Below are positions 18,071-28,495 of a stretch of 64,000 nt of DNA, in pieces. Numbering within the stretch: the first letter of the stretch is position 1; each line of letters begins with the position of its first letter. Source of the DNA: Sphingomonadales bacterium (GTDB lineage Bacteria; Pseudomonadota; Alphaproteobacteria; Sphingomonadales; Sphingomonadaceae); contig JAGXTB010000247.1 in NCBI GenBank assembly GCA_018334165.1, positions 3,690 to 67,689 on the forward strand, in the 5' to 3' direction. The position numbers and the translations under genes were made by a program. The notes beneath the pieces were generated by a model, which worked only from the letters and a program-made list of their open reading frames with translations, had not been told where the DNA came from and searched no databases.

Positions 18071-18664
18071 TTGACCGGTAAACCTTTCATCCTTGGCCTC
18101 ACCGGCTCGATCGGCATGGGCAAGTCGGCCGTCGCCGCGATGTTTCGCGGGCTGGGCGTGCCGCTGTTCGATGCCGATGCCGCAGTGCACGAACTGCAGG
18201 GGCCTAATGGCGCTTGCCTCGCTCCAATTGAGCGGGCCTTTCCCGGCACCACCGGGCCTGCGGGCGTTGACCGGCAAAAGCTGGGCGCGGCGGTGTTTGG
18301 CGATCCAGAGAAGCTCCGGCTGCTCGAGGCAATCGTTCATCCCGAAGTCGCCGAATTGCGCCGCACCTTTCTCGCCGATAATACCGATGCGCCGCTGATC
18401 GTCTTCGACATTCCCTTGCTGTTCGAAAAGACCGGCGAGCACGGGCTCGATGCCGTGCTGGTGGTCTCCGCCTCGGTCGTGCAGCAGCGCGAGCGGGTGC
18501 TCGCCCGGCCAGGTATGACCGAAGAGAAATTCGAGCGGATCCTGGCGCTGCAAGTGCCCGATGCCGAGAAGCGCGCGCGGGCCGACTATGTAATCGACAC
18601 CGGGGTCAGCCTGGCCGAAACCCGCCATGCCGTGCAGCAGTTGGTCCATGCCCTGACTGCCTAA
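18071..18664 (+). CDS. coaE: Dephospho-CoA kinase
   Basis: LGLTGSIGMGKS P-loop; apparent TTG start. Confidence 0.9.
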   Translation: MTGKPFILGLTGSIGMGKSAVAAMFRGLGVPLFDADAAVHELQGPNGACLAPIERAFPGTTGPAGVDRQKLGAAVFGDPEKLRLLEAIVHPEVAELRRTFLADNTDAPLIVFDIPLLFEKTGEHGLDAVLVVSASVVQQRERVLARPGMTEEKFERILALQVPDAEKRARADYVIDTGVSLAETRHAVQQLVHALTA

Positions 18665-18687
18665 GTCGAAACGAAGTTTCGAATCTT

Positions 18688-18772
18688 GCACCACCGGCCC
18701 ACTCCCCCACCCGGCCACCCAGAACCTAGGTTACCCTATGGGTGGCCGGGTGGGGGAGTGGGCCGGTGGTGC
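18688..18772. repeat. GC-rich palindromic repeat, family B copy 2
   Basis: gcaccaccggcccactcccccacccggccaccc pairs with gggtggccgggtgggggagtgggccggtggtgc. It is preceded by the small hairpin tcgaaacgaagtttcga. Confidence 0.8.
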
Positions 18773-18858
18773 TTCCACCGTCAGGTGGATCAAGACGCAA
18801 AGAAATAACGAGTCGCCCCCTTGTCACATGGCCAGATCGGGCCGATATCCTTCGTGTA

Positions 18859-19545
18859 ATGCGCGAGATTATCTTCGACACCGAAACGACCGGCCTTGAC
18901 CCCAAGACTGGAGATCGGCTCGTCGAAATCGGCTGCATCGAAATGGTCAACCGGGTCCCGACCGGCGAGACCTTCCACTGCTATTTCAACCCCGATCGCG
19001 ACATGCCCGCCGCTGCCGAAGCGGTCCATGGTCTGTCGATCTCGTTCCTGTCAGACAAGCCGCGCTTTCATGAGAAAGCCGCTGAGCTGCTCGAATTCCT
19101 GGGCGAAGAGACCAAGCTGGTCGCGCACAATGCCGGGTTCGATTTCGGCTTCGTCAATTCCGAGCTCGAAATGTGCGGGCTGCCCCCGCTTTCGCGTGAG
19201 CGGATGGTCGATACCGTCGCCCTGGCCCGCGCGCGGCACCCCGGGGCCAAGAATTCGCTCGATGCGCTCTGCACCCGCTATGGCATCGATCGCAGCCACC
19301 GTACCAGACACGGCGCGCTGCTTGACGCCGAGCTGCTCGCGCAAGTCTATGTCGAGCTGACCGGCGGACGCCAGATCGGGCTTAGCCTGGCGGCAGAGAC
19401 CAACGAGATCGAAATGACCGTGCAGGCGCTGCCGGTGCGTGACCGGCCATTCCGTGCGCCCCGGCCGCACAGCGCCAGTGAGGCCGAACTCGCCGCGCAC
19501 GCCCAGTTCCTCGAAACGGTGAAGTCTCCGCTATGGAACGACTGA
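18859..19545 (+). CDS. dnaQ: DNA polymerase III epsilon subunit (3'-5' exonuclease)
   Basis: ORF 18742..19545 trimmed to ATG at 18859 (MREIIFDTETTGLDP), because the longer start lies inside the repeat. Confidence 0.93.
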   Translation: MREIIFDTETTGLDPKTGDRLVEIGCIEMVNRVPTGETFHCYFNPDRDMPAAAEAVHGLSISFLSDKPRFHEKAAELLEFLGEETKLVAHNAGFDFGFVNSELEMCGLPPLSRERMVDTVALARARHPGAKNSLDALCTRYGIDRSHRTRHGALLDAELLAQVYVELTGGRQIGLSLAAETNEIEMTVQALPVRDRPFRAPRPHSASEAELAAHAQFLETVKSPLWND

Positions 19546-19579
19546 TCCTGTTTCGCGAGTTTTGACAGGAGAAGTAGTG

Positions 19580-20146
19580 ATGGACATTCGCGTATCCGGC
19601 CACCAGATCGAAACCGGCGAAGCCTTGCAGCGCCATGCACAGGATCGGCTGAACGCAATTGTCGGCAAATACTTCAGTGGGGCGATTTCCAGCACGGTCA
19701 CTTTCAACCGCGCGCCCGCAGGGGCCTTTCGCGCCGATATCATCACCCATGTGATGCAGGGACTGGTGCTCAAGGGTGCCGGGATCGCGCAGGATGCCCA
19801 TGCCGCGCTCGATGGCGCGGCGGAAAAGATCGACAAGCAATTGCGCCGCTACAAGCGCCGCCTGACTGACCGCCACGGCCAGTCGTCCCATGCAGTACGC
19901 GCCGAGGAAGCTGCCTACACCGTTTTTGCCGAGCCTGATGAAGAGGCCGAGGAAGTGCTTGCCGATGCCCCGGTGGTGATCGCCGAAACCCGCATCGACG
20001 TGCCCGAAACCACGGTTTCCAACGCGGTGATGATGCTCGATCTGCGCAACACCAACGCCCTGCTGTTCAAGAATGCCGGCACCGGCAAGCACAACATGGT
20101 GTACCGGCGCGGGGACGGATCGATTGGCTGGGTTGAACCTTCGTGA
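19580..20146 (+). CDS. hpf: Ribosome hibernation promoting factor (long form)
   Basis: MDIRVSGHQIETGEAL N-terminus; aggaga ribosome-binding site upstream. Confidence 0.9.
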   Translation: MDIRVSGHQIETGEALQRHAQDRLNAIVGKYFSGAISSTVTFNRAPAGAFRADIITHVMQGLVLKGAGIAQDAHAALDGAAEKIDKQLRRYKRRLTDRHGQSSHAVRAEEAAYTVFAEPDEEAEEVLADAPVVIAETRIDVPETTVSNAVMMLDLRNTNALLFKNAGTGKHNMVYRRGDGSIGWVEPS

Positions 20147-20270
20147 CAGCAAGAGTAAAGGCGCGGCCAATTCCATCAGGGTGGGAAGGGGCATGAAGGC
20201 GGGGTGATTCCTCGCTAACTTGCCCCTGTCCGGACCCGTCGCGCCATTTATTGGGACACAAGTGTCTGCC

Positions 20271-20732
20271 ATGACTGCACTATTCACGCTCCTTCCGGAA
20301 TCTGTCGGCACCATCGATGCCGATAGCAAGGCCACCATCCTCGACCAGCTGGCGCAGCGATTCGCGGGAGTTTACGGGCTTGATCCCGTGCTCGTGCTCG
20401 AACGTCTTGAAGAGCGCGAAAAGCTCGGCAGCACCGGGTTCGGGCGCGGCGTGGCGATTCCGCACGCACGAATTCCCGATCTTGGCCGTCCGGTCGCGGC
20501 ATTCCTGCGGTTGGCGACCCCGGTCGCCTTCGATGCCGCCGATGGCATGCCGGTCGATCTGGTCTTCGGCCTGCTCTCGCCCGAAGCAGCGGGCGCGGCG
20601 CACCTCCATGCGCTCGCCGCAATCAGCCGGATGATGCGCGACGAAAAGATGCACGCGGCGCTTGGCGAAGCAATCGACGCTGAGGCACTCTATGCGCTGC
20701 TCGCCAACTCAATTGACCGCGACGCGGCCTGA
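20271..20732 (+). CDS. ptsN: PTS IIA-Ntr nitrogen regulatory protein PtsN
   Basis: GSTGFGRGVAIPHARI motif containing the phosphorylatable His. Confidence 0.85.
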   Translation: MTALFTLLPESVGTIDADSKATILDQLAQRFAGVYGLDPVLVLERLEEREKLGSTGFGRGVAIPHARIPDLGRPVAAFLRLATPVAFDAADGMPVDLVFGLLSPEAAGAAHLHALAAISRMMRDEKMHAALGEAIDAEALYALLANSIDRDAA

Positions 20733-20735
20733 TTT

Positions 20736-21065
20736 TTGGACGCCAGACTTCCCGCGCACCTTGAAGTTGCCGGTCTGATCCGTGTGGTCGAGGCCGCTGG
20801 CGGGTTTGCAATGGTCCTTAACAAGGGCGAGCGCGATGGCGGCACAGTGCTTGTCATTTGCGCCGAAAAGGGCGGAAACCGGCGGCTTTTTGAGCGCATG
20901 CCGAGTGCTGACGGGCACCGCGAATGGCGCCTTTCCCGCAGCGAAGAAGCTGAAAATAAAACAGAATTTGACATCTACCTGGCGCGGCGGCGCAGTCAGG
21001 ACCCCGACCTGTGGATGATCGAACTGGATATCGCGAATGGTGAACGGTTCATCGGATTGACATGA
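20736..21065 (+). CDS. Small conserved hypothetical protein (DUF1491-like by recollection)
   Basis: 109 aa with a non-ATG start in the track; follows ptsN by 3 nt. Confidence 0.45.
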   Translation: MDARLPAHLEVAGLIRVVEAAGGFAMVLNKGERDGGTVLVICAEKGGNRRLFERMPSADGHREWRLSRSEEAENKTEFDIYLARRRSQDPDLWMIELDIANGERFIGLT

Positions 21066-21260
21066 ATGTAAGCTTGACTTTGTTGCACCGCACAATCAAT
21101 GGGCGGCCACTTTCGTTGCGCAGGCGGCGTTCGGGGTATTCCAGCCACGGAGGTTAGCACGCAGACGGGGGGCAGCCGGCAGGAACCCGGCCTGGGGCAT
21201 CTAACAAACTAAGGCCCCATCCTTTCCTGCGCGGGCGCGCCAACCGCCCAAGAATGCAGA

Positions 21261-21908
21261 ATGATGAGTAAGCAACTTCGCAAGGCCAGCGCAATCGCAG
21301 TGGCCGCCATGATCGTATCGATTGCTATCAGCGCCAACGGGTCCGGCGCTTCCGCGCAGAGCATTGCAGCGGTCACCAATCAGGAACCCGCTCTCCAGAC
21401 CATTTCCCAGCCGGTCGTCCAACCGCTTCCCGCCGAGGCCCAAAAGCCCGCGGTCGAAGCCGATCCGGCTAATCTCGAAACCAACCCCGTCAAGGCCAGC
21501 TCGCTGTCCGCAATGGTTGCCGCCCAGCCGCAGCCTGGCGAATTGCCGCGCGAACTGCACTGCCTGGCCGGCGCGATCTATTTCGAAGCCAAGAGTGAAT
21601 CGCTCGCCGGTCAGCTCGCCGTCGGGCGGGTCGTTGTGGCGCGTTCAAAGTCGGGGCGTTTCCCCAATTCGTATTGCGGCGTGGTGTTCCAGCCTTCGCA
21701 GTTCTCGTTCGTGCGCGGATCGTCGATGCCTGCCATTCCGCGCGGCTCGAAGCAGTGGAAGAATGCTGTTGCTGTCGCCCAGATTGCCCATTCGAATTCC
21801 TGGCGCAGCCCGATTGAAGGCGCACTGTTCTTTCACGCGTCCTATGTCAGCCCCGGCTGGCGCCTGACCCGCGTGGGCCGGATCGACAACCACGTTTTCT
21901 ATCGTTGA
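21261..21908 (+). CDS. Cell wall hydrolase SleB-type
   Basis: Signal peptide, then CLAGAIYFEAKSESLAGQLAVGRVVVAR...YCGVVFQPSQFSF. Confidence 0.8.
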   Translation: MMSKQLRKASAIAVAAMIVSIAISANGSGASAQSIAAVTNQEPALQTISQPVVQPLPAEAQKPAVEADPANLETNPVKASSLSAMVAAQPQPGELPRELHCLAGAIYFEAKSESLAGQLAVGRVVVARSKSGRFPNSYCGVVFQPSQFSFVRGSSMPAIPRGSKQWKNAVAVAQIAHSNSWRSPIEGALFFHASYVSPGWRLTRVGRIDNHVFYR

Positions 21909-21938
21909 GTTTTGAGGGGTGGGCTTTGACCCGCCCCC

Positions 21939-22718
21939 TTACTCGGCCCTCTCAAACTCAAACCACACCGGCGCGTGATCGCTGGCTTTCTCGCGTCCGC
22001 GGTGGTCCTTGTCGACCCCGCAGGCCGTGAGCCGGTCGGCCATTTCGGGCGAAAGCAGCGCGTGGTCGATGCGGAAACCGTGGTCCTTCTGCCAGGCTCC
22101 AGCCTGATAGTCCCAAAAGGTCCAGACCCCGCCCGCCGGGTTGTGAGTGGCCAGCGCATCGGTCCAGCCATCGGCCAGCAGCCGGGCATAGGCATCGCGC
22201 GACTCTGGCTGCATCAGCGCATCGGCTTCCATTGCCCGGGGTGAGAAGACATCGTGATCGAACGGGATCACGTTGTAGTCCCCGGTGATAACCGCAGGCA
22301 CTTCCTCAGCCGCTATTTCGCGCATCCGCGCGCGCAGCCGCTCCATCCAGCGCAATTTGTAGTCAAACTTCGGCCCCGGCACCGGGTTCCCGTTGGGCAG
22401 GTAGATGCAGGCGACGCGCACACCAAAGACATCGGCTTCGAGATAGCGCGAATGCTCGTCCTCGGGCTCACCCGCCAGCCTGCGTTGCACTTCGACCGGT
22501 ATGGTGCCATCGGCCAGGATCGCAACGCCGTTGAAGCCCTTCTGCCCGTGCCAGATCGCGTGATAGCCGATCTTGAGGAACTCCTCGGCCGGAAAGCCTT
22601 CGTCCTGGGTCTTGATCTCTTGCAGGCAGGCCACTGATGGCCGGGTTTCCTCCAGCCATTCGAGCAGGCGCGGCAGCCGCGCCTTGATCCCGTTGATGTT
22701 GAACGTGGCGATCTTCAT
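21939..22718 (-). CDS. xthA: Exodeoxyribonuclease III
   Basis: MKIATFNINGIKARLPRLLEWL N-terminus; C-terminal SDHAPVW. Confidence 0.93.
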   Translation of the reverse strand: MKIATFNINGIKARLPRLLEWLEETRPSVACLQEIKTQDEGFPAEEFLKIGYHAIWHGQKGFNGVAILADGTIPVEVQRRLAGEPEDEHSRYLEADVFGVRVACIYLPNGNPVPGPKFDYKLRWMERLRARMREIAAEEVPAVITGDYNVIPFDHDVFSPRAMEADALMQPESRDAYARLLADGWTDALATHNPAGGVWTFWDYQAGAWQKDHGFRIDHALLSPEMADRLTACGVDKDHRGREKASDHAPVWFEFERAE

Positions 22719-23050
22719 CAGATGGCGAAGGACGAGCCGCAGCCGCAGCCCGAGGCGGCTTGCGGGTTCTCAACCTTGAACGCAGCGCCGCCCAGCGATT
22801 CGACGTAGTCGACCACGCTTCCGCCGACGAGATCGAGGCTGACGCTATCGACCACCAGAGTCACACCATCGCGTTCAACCACCAGGTCATCCGCCTCGGC
22901 GCTATCGGCCAGGGCGAACTTGTACTGGAAGCCCGAACAGCCGCCGCCCTCTACGGAAAGCCGCAGGATCGCGGGCTTGCCTTGCTTGGCAGCAATCGCC
23001 GCCACGCGCGCGGCGGCGGAAGGGCTGAGGGTCATGGTTGTTGCGTCCAT
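22718..23050 (-). CDS. erpA: Iron-sulfur cluster insertion protein ErpA (A-type carrier)
   Basis: GGGCSGFQY motif and C-terminal CGCGSSFAI. Confidence 0.9.
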   Translation of the reverse strand: MDATTMTLSPSAAARVAAIAAKQGKPAILRLSVEGGGCSGFQYKFALADSAEADDLVVERDGVTLVVDSVSLDLVGGSVVDYVESLGGAAFKVENPQAASGCGCGSSFAI

Positions 23051-23092
23051 GCCGCCAATGTAGGGCTTGCCGCGCCACGCCGCAAGGAAAGC

Positions 23093-23521
23093 TCACGCGC
23101 CCTGGATATAACTCCGCATTGCTTCGGCTTCGCTTTCGATTCGTTCGATCCGGTATTTGACCAGATCGCCGATCGAGACAAAGCCGACCACTGCTCCGCC
23201 ATCGACCACCGGCAAGTGGCGGAACCGCCGCTGGGTCATCAGCCCCAGCGCGTCGAGTGCGCCGGTTTGGGGATCGACCGTGATTGGCGGCGAAGTCATC
23301 ACTTCGCCCACGGTCTTGTCGAGCATTGCCGGGCCGTGCGCGGCAAGCTGGCGGATCACATCGCGTTCGGAGAAAATCCCGACGATCTGCCCGCCGGAGA
23401 AGACCGGCACTGCGCCGATCCGCTTTTCAGCGAGCAGCCTGACCGCATCGCCCACACTTGTTGCGGCATCGCAAGTAATCACACCGCCGCTGCGCCCCTC
23501 GATCAGTCGCGCAATCGTCAT
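23093..23521 (-). CDS. CBS domain pair protein
   Basis: 142 aa with two CBS-like repeats (IGAVPVF..., FRHLPVVD...). Confidence 0.8.
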   Translation of the reverse strand: MTIARLIEGRSGGVITCDAATSVGDAVRLLAEKRIGAVPVFSGGQIVGIFSERDVIRQLAAHGPAMLDKTVGEVMTSPPITVDPQTGALDALGLMTQRRFRHLPVVDGGAVVGFVSIGDLVKYRIERIESEAEAMRSYIQGA

Positions 23522-23584
23522 GGCAACTCTCCTGGGTATGTTCCTGAGGGGGAGAGAATGACACGAACCGAACCGCTTGGCGAG

Positions 23585-23980
23585 TCAGGGTTCTCCCGCG
23601 TCCGGATAGAGCCTGAAATCCTCAACCGGGACGCCGCCGACCAGGTGTTCGTCGATGATCCGCTGAAGCACCGGCTCAGTGCAGGAATGATACCAGACCC
23701 CTTCGGGCCAGACCACCGCGACCGGCCCTGCGGCGCAGATCTTGAGGCAATCGGCCTTGGTCCGCGCGATCCCGCCAGTCCGGTCGAGCCCGCGCGCCTT
23801 GAGCTCCTTCTTGAGGAACTTCCAGGCCGCAGCACCCTCGCCCGGCGAACAGCAGGCGCCCTTTTCGGACATCGCGCAAAGGAAGATGTGGCGGCGGATT
23901 GTGTCCCCGCCCTCGACGGCCAGGGCGGCGCGCGCGCGGGCCAGCTCTTCGGGATCGGCGCTCATGCCTTGAGGCCCCAC
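23585..23980 (-). CDS. Thioredoxin-like [2Fe-2S] ferredoxin-type protein
   Basis: [15 protein letters not shown]...[20 protein letters not shown] cysteine pattern. Confidence 0.6.
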   Translation of the reverse strand: MGPQGMSADPEELARARAALAVEGGDTIRRHIFLCAMSEKGACCSPGEGAAAWKFLKKELKARGLDRTGGIARTKADCLKICAAGPVAVVWPEGVWYHSCTEPVLQRIIDEHLVGGVPVEDFRLYPDAGEP

Positions 23981-24396
23981 TCTTCGAGCAAGGCCCGCTT
24001 GTAGTCGTCGTCCAGCGGGGTCGGCCGGTCATCCGCAATCGCCACGATCACCGAGCGCGCGAAAGCGACCGGCCTGCGTTCTTGCTCAAGCAACTGCGCA
24101 ATGGTCCAGCTGGTCCGCCCCACCCCCTCGATCCCGCAGTGGACAGTGACCGGTCCCGGAAAGTGCCCCTGGCTGAGGTATTCCATCGCCACGCTGGCCA
24201 CCATCGCCCGGCGCTCGCCGATCCGCACCTGCCCGCGCATCGCCAGGTTGAAGCGGACCCGCGCATCCTCCATCATTGCTGCCAGCGCGACATTGTTGAG
24301 GTGCTGGTTGGGATCGACATCGGCGAACCGTGTGGTCACCGCATGCGCGAAGGGATAGCGTGCGGGATCGAGCAGCGCGGGTTCGGGGCGCGGCAT
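23962..24396 (-). CDS. Hotdog-fold acyl-CoA thioesterase
   Basis: 144 aa with a [15 protein letters not shown] motif typical of the 4HBT family. Confidence 0.7.
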   Translation of the reverse strand: MPRPEPALLDPARYPFAHAVTTRFADVDPNQHLNNVALAAMMEDARVRFNLAMRGQVRIGERRAMVASVAMEYLSQGHFPGPVTVHCGIEGVGRTSWTIAQLLEQERRPVAFARSVIVAIADDRPTPLDDDYKRALLEEWGLKA

Positions 24397-24402
24397 GGCG
24401 GC

Positions 24403-26507
24403 TCAGCGTCCCTGCTTCAGGTGCTTGCCCAGCCGGGCAAAGACCGTCTGGTGCCACTGGACCGAATTCCTGGGCCCCAGCACCCAGTGATTCTCGCCCG
24501 GAAAGACCAGCAGTTCGGCCGGAACGCCCTTGCGCTGCAGCGCACTGAAGGCGCCGAGCCCCTGCGTATAGGGCACGCGGTAGTCCTTCTCACCCAGCAC
24601 CACCAGCATCGGGGTTTGCCACTTGGCGATATGCGCGGCGGGGTTCCACTTTTCGTGCGCGGCGGGATCCTCGCGATAGGGCTTGCCGCCGTTCTCCCAC
24701 TCGTTGAACCACCACTCCTCGGTCGAATAGGCCTTGGCCAAGGCGTCGAACGTGCCGTTGTGGTTGACCAGGCATTTGAACCGTGTGGGCCAGTTGCCCT
24801 GGATCCAGTTCATCATGTAGCCGCCATAGCTTGCCCCCAGCGCGCAGGCATTGTCACCATCAAGATCGGGATTGGCGGCCAGCCCCAGCTTGAGATCCTC
24901 CAGTGGCTTGCCGCCCCAGTCCTGGCGAATCGAGTCGGTGAAGGCTTGCCCGTAACCGGTCGAGCCATGGAAATCGATCGAGACCACCCCGTAGCCCTGG
25001 CTGGCGAAGATCCGCGGATTCCAGCGGAACGACCAGCTGTGATTGAACGAACCTTGCGGGCCGCCGTGGACGAACAGCAGCACCGGCAGCTTGCCCCCCA
25101 CACCACCACTCGCTCCGGCCGGACGGTGGATCTGGCCCCAGACAGTGTCGCCGTTCGCGCCCTTGAAGCTGAAGCGCGCGGTGGTGACCGGGTTAAGCTG
25201 GGCCAGCTGGGCATCGTTGGCCCGGCTCAGCGAGCGCCCCGGCTTGCCCTTGTCGGCCAGATAGACCTTGGCCGGATTGGCCACGGCATCGCGAGTGAAG
25301 ACGAAGCCGCCATTCTTCAGCGGCGTGACCGCACCGATCCGCCCTTCGCTGAGCCCTGCGGGTGCCAGCTTGAGCCGGGTTACCTTGCCGCTGGCGATGT
25401 CGATCCGGAACGCGGGATTGTCGAGCACGTCCTCGGCGGTGACGATCAGCGCTTTCGAATCCGGGGTCCAGGCAATCGAGCCGACCGAACGGTCCCAGTT
25501 CGCCGTCACGCTGCGGCGCTCATGGGTCTTGAGGTTCATCAGCTGAACCACTTGCCGGTCAGCCTCGTAACCGGCCGGGCCATCGCCGCCCAGGCCAGCC
25601 ACTGACCGTCGGGCGAAGGGCTGGGCAGGGTATCGGCGGCGCGATTGTCTTTCGAGGCCTTGTGCGGGGCCTTGCCGTCGAGCATCGAGTGCCAGACATC
25701 GGTATCGGTTGAGAGCGGCTCGTTCCGGTCAGCCTGGCGCGCAACGAAGAAGGCGCTGGCCGAATCTGCTGCCCAGGCGAGTTCCTCAGCCCCGCCCGTC
25801 GGCTTGGTCGGTGTGTCGCCGGTCAGCACGCCCGGTGGTCCGTCAAGCGCGGCGCCGTCGCCTGCGATCTTGCCGTCGGCGCCCAGCTCAAAGGCGAAAG
25901 CGCGGCTGTAGTTGCCTGGGGCTTCCCAGGAATCCCAATGCCGCACGAACCTGGTGCCATCCGTGTAGTAGCGGCCGGTTCCGGGGCCGGGCGAACTGGT
26001 ATCGCCGCTCTTGTCGCAGCCCAAGGTCGGGCAATCGCGTGCGACATCGCCCCAGACCAGCACGCGCTGACCATTGGGGGACAGCAGGAACCCGGCGACA
26101 TCGGCCTTGAACGCGCTGGCCGCCACCGGCATGGCGACCGGTGCGGTCAGATCGAGCATCCACAGCTGGTCGCTGCCCGACTTGTCGGAAATGAAACAAA
26201 GCCGCTTGCCATCGGGGCTGAAGGCGGGGGTGTTCTCATTGGCATCGGCCAGATCGGCGATCCGCGCGGGCGCGCCGCCCCTGGTGGCAACGCGCCACAG
26301 CCCGGTCGCCCGCTTGTAGCTGGCCGGATCAGTATCGGTCTGCTGGTAGACCGCCCACATGCCATCGGGCGAGACCGCAGGCGCGGCAACGCGCTTCAGC
26401 GTCACCAGGTCTTGTTCGGTCATGGTCCGCTGGACGGTCTGGGCCGGCAGCGACGTGGCGGTAAGAGCGATGGCGAGCACGCCAAGCGCAGTCTTGAGTC
26501 TGCTCAT
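24403..26507 (-). pseudogene. S9 family serine peptidase (beta-propeller plus alpha/beta hydrolase) split by a 1-nt frameshift
   Basis: ORF 25539..26507 is the signal peptide and propeller; ORF 24403..25602 continues in another frame. The reading ...LAWAAMARP|GYEADRQVVQL is restored by adding one G in the ccggccgg run near 25571..25580. The catalytic-type motif GASYGGYM lies in the C-terminal part. Confidence 0.7.
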
Positions 26508-26540
26508 GCCCGCAAGGTTAGCGGGAGAAGAGGGCCTGTC

Positions 26541-27020
26541 CTAGCCCTTCTTGCCAACGATCCGGGCAATTTCGACCGCGACCAGCTTTTCGACCAGCGG
26601 CGGCAGGTTGGTATCGAGCCATTCGGCGAGCGCTGGGCGCAGCAATTCGCGGACCATGCCTTCGAGCGAGGTTTCGCCCGAACGGACGATCTGCGGCGCG
26701 GCCGGGGGCTGGGCCATCATTGCCAGGGCGGCAAGCGATTCGCCGATCGAGCTGGCGGTCTGACTGGCGACCAGCGGCGGCACCCCGGCCTCGGCGTCGT
26801 CAACGCATTCGCCGATCGAAGCCAGATCGAGCACCTCGTCATCGTCCGCATCGATCTGCGCTGGGCGCTCGCTCACGCTGCGCGGCGCGGCTTGCGCTTC
26901 GCGGTTGTCGCGCGCGATCACTTTCTTGATCGACGCAAGGATTTCCTCAACCGAGGGTTCGCCTGCCTGGTGCATCGCCCTTGCCTCCAGTTCGCTCAGT
27001 GTCTTGACCTGTCCCGGCAT
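26541..27020 (-). CDS. DUF2497 / PopZ-like protein
   Basis: C-terminal LEGMVRELLRPALAEWLDTNLPPLVEKLVAVEIARI resembles the PopZ C-terminal domain. An alternative start is at 26975. The pcm-tolC-DUF2497 neighbourhood is conserved. Confidence 0.65.
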   Translation of the reverse strand: MPGQVKTLSELEARAMHQAGEPSVEEILASIKKVIARDNREAQAAPRSVSERPAQIDADDDEVLDLASIGECVDDAEAGVPPLVASQTASSIGESLAALAMMAQPPAAPQIVRSGETSLEGMVRELLRPALAEWLDTNLPPLVEKLVAVEIARIVGKKG

Positions 27021-27030
27021 GGGACAAGAA

Positions 27031-28491
27031 TCACTGACCGCCTACTGAACCGTCCTGGGCCTTGGTGTCAACGGTGCGGGTGGCATCGACTTTGGGCTCG
27101 GGATCATTGCTCCAGTCCCAGATGCTGCCCGAAACGCGGTTGTAATTGGTGACCGGATCGTACAGTGCCCCGCCATCGAGCCCCAGATCGCGGGCCTCGG
27201 CCTTGCCCATTGCGGCGAGCAGGTTGAAGCCCGCGACATAGGCATTGCGCTTGGCGGTTTCGAGCTGGACCTGCGCGTTGAGCAGCTCGTTCTCGGCATT
27301 GAGGATTTCGATGATCGTGCGGTTGCCGACGGTGTTTTCGGCGCGAACCCCTTCAAGGCTGAGCGTCGCGGCATCGACTGCGGTCTGCGACGAGGCGATC
27401 AGCGACTGCGCGGCCTGCCACTGGGCATAGGCCGATCGCACCGCCGAGATCACGCTGCGTTCCACGCCGACCTGCTGCTCAAGTGCGGCATCCTGGCGGG
27501 CCTGCGCGGCGCGGCGCTGCGCGGCCGGCTGGCCGCCCTGGAACAGCGGGATAGTCGCCCGGACCCCAGCCGTGGTGGCAGTGCCCGACTGGATCGTGCT
27601 GGGCACCACACCGCCCCGTGTCCCAAGAAAGTCGGTATAACCGGCATTGGCGAAAGCACTGACGCGCGGCATGCGGCCGGCACTTGCAACCCGCACGTCA
27701 AAACCGGCGGCCTTGGCGCGTTCGCGTGCGGCGAGCAGGTCCGGGTTGTGGTCGAGCGCAAAATCGACCGCCTCATCGACATTGCTGGGCAGCCCCGCCA
27801 GCGGCGGCGGCGGCGCAAGGTTCTCGGGGGCCTTGCCAACGATCTGGATATAGCGTTCGCGCGCGGCGATCAGGTTGGCTTCGGCGCTGCGGACCTGGCC
27901 GCGGGCCAGCGCCAGACGCGATTCGGACTGGGCGACGTCGGTGCGGGTCAGATCGCCGATCTCAAACCGGTCCTTGGAGGCTTGCAGGTTGACTTCGAGC
28001 CGCTGGACATTGGCCTTGTTGAGCTTGACCACTTCCTGAGCCAGGATCACATCCATATACACCGTGACGGTCTGGGTGAAGATCCCGCTTTCGACCGCGC
28101 GCAGGTCTGACCGGCCGGCCACGACCCGGGTTTCGGCGGCGCGCACCGAATTCTTGATCCCGCCGCCGCTGTAGAGCGGATAGCTGAGCGTGGCTCCGGT
28201 ATCGAGCGTGCGCGCTGACGACAAGACGCTGTAATTCGAACCCGATCTGCTGGTAAATTCTGTGTAGGTTGCAGTGCCCGAAAGCGAGGGCAGCCCCGGC
28301 GCGCGGGCGATCGGCACGCCTTCGTCGGTGGCGCGCTGCTGGGCGCGGGCGGCCTGGATCGTGGGGTTGGTGTTGTAGGCCATCACCAGCGCCTCGCGCA
28401 GCTCGTCGGCCAGCGAAGGCGATGCCGCCAGGCACATACCGCCGGCCAGCAGGGTCCAGCGCGTCAGGCGCGAAATCGCAGGCTTGGACAT
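27031..28491 (-). CDS. tolC: TolC family outer membrane channel
   Basis: ORF trimmed to ATG at 28491 (MSKPAISRLTRWTLLAGGMCLAASPSLA); LREALVMAYNTNPTIQAARA motif. Confidence 0.9.
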   Translation of the reverse strand: MSKPAISRLTRWTLLAGGMCLAASPSLADELREALVMAYNTNPTIQAARAQQRATDEGVPIARAPGLPSLSGTATYTEFTSRSGSNYSVLSSARTLDTGATLSYPLYSGGGIKNSVRAAETRVVAGRSDLRAVESGIFTQTVTVYMDVILAQEVVKLNKANVQRLEVNLQASKDRFEIGDLTRTDVAQSESRLALARGQVRSAEANLIAARERYIQIVGKAPENLAPPPPLAGLPSNVDEAVDFALDHNPDLLAARERAKAAGFDVRVASAGRMPRVSAFANAGYTDFLGTRGGVVPSTIQSGTATTAGVRATIPLFQGGQPAAQRRAAQARQDAALEQQVGVERSVISAVRSAYAQWQAAQSLIASSQTAVDAATLSLEGVRAENTVGNRTIIEILNAENELLNAQVQLETAKRNAYVAGFNLLAAMGKAEARDLGLDGGALYDPVTNYNRVSGSIWDWSNDPEPKVDATRTVDTKAQDGSVGGQ

Positions 28492-28495
28492 TGCT

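Noticed and set aside
17880-18074. Short ORFs translating as ...RHPELVSGS... (also 49285..49482 and 17995..18252)
   Set aside because: They are read-through translations of the MITE-like inverted repeats, not genes.
18742-18858. Extended N-terminus of dnaQ (MAGWGSGPVV...) and the mirror ORF 18041..18718
   Set aside because: The peptide is encoded by the family B palindromic repeat. The conserved DnaQ sequence begins at ATG 18859.
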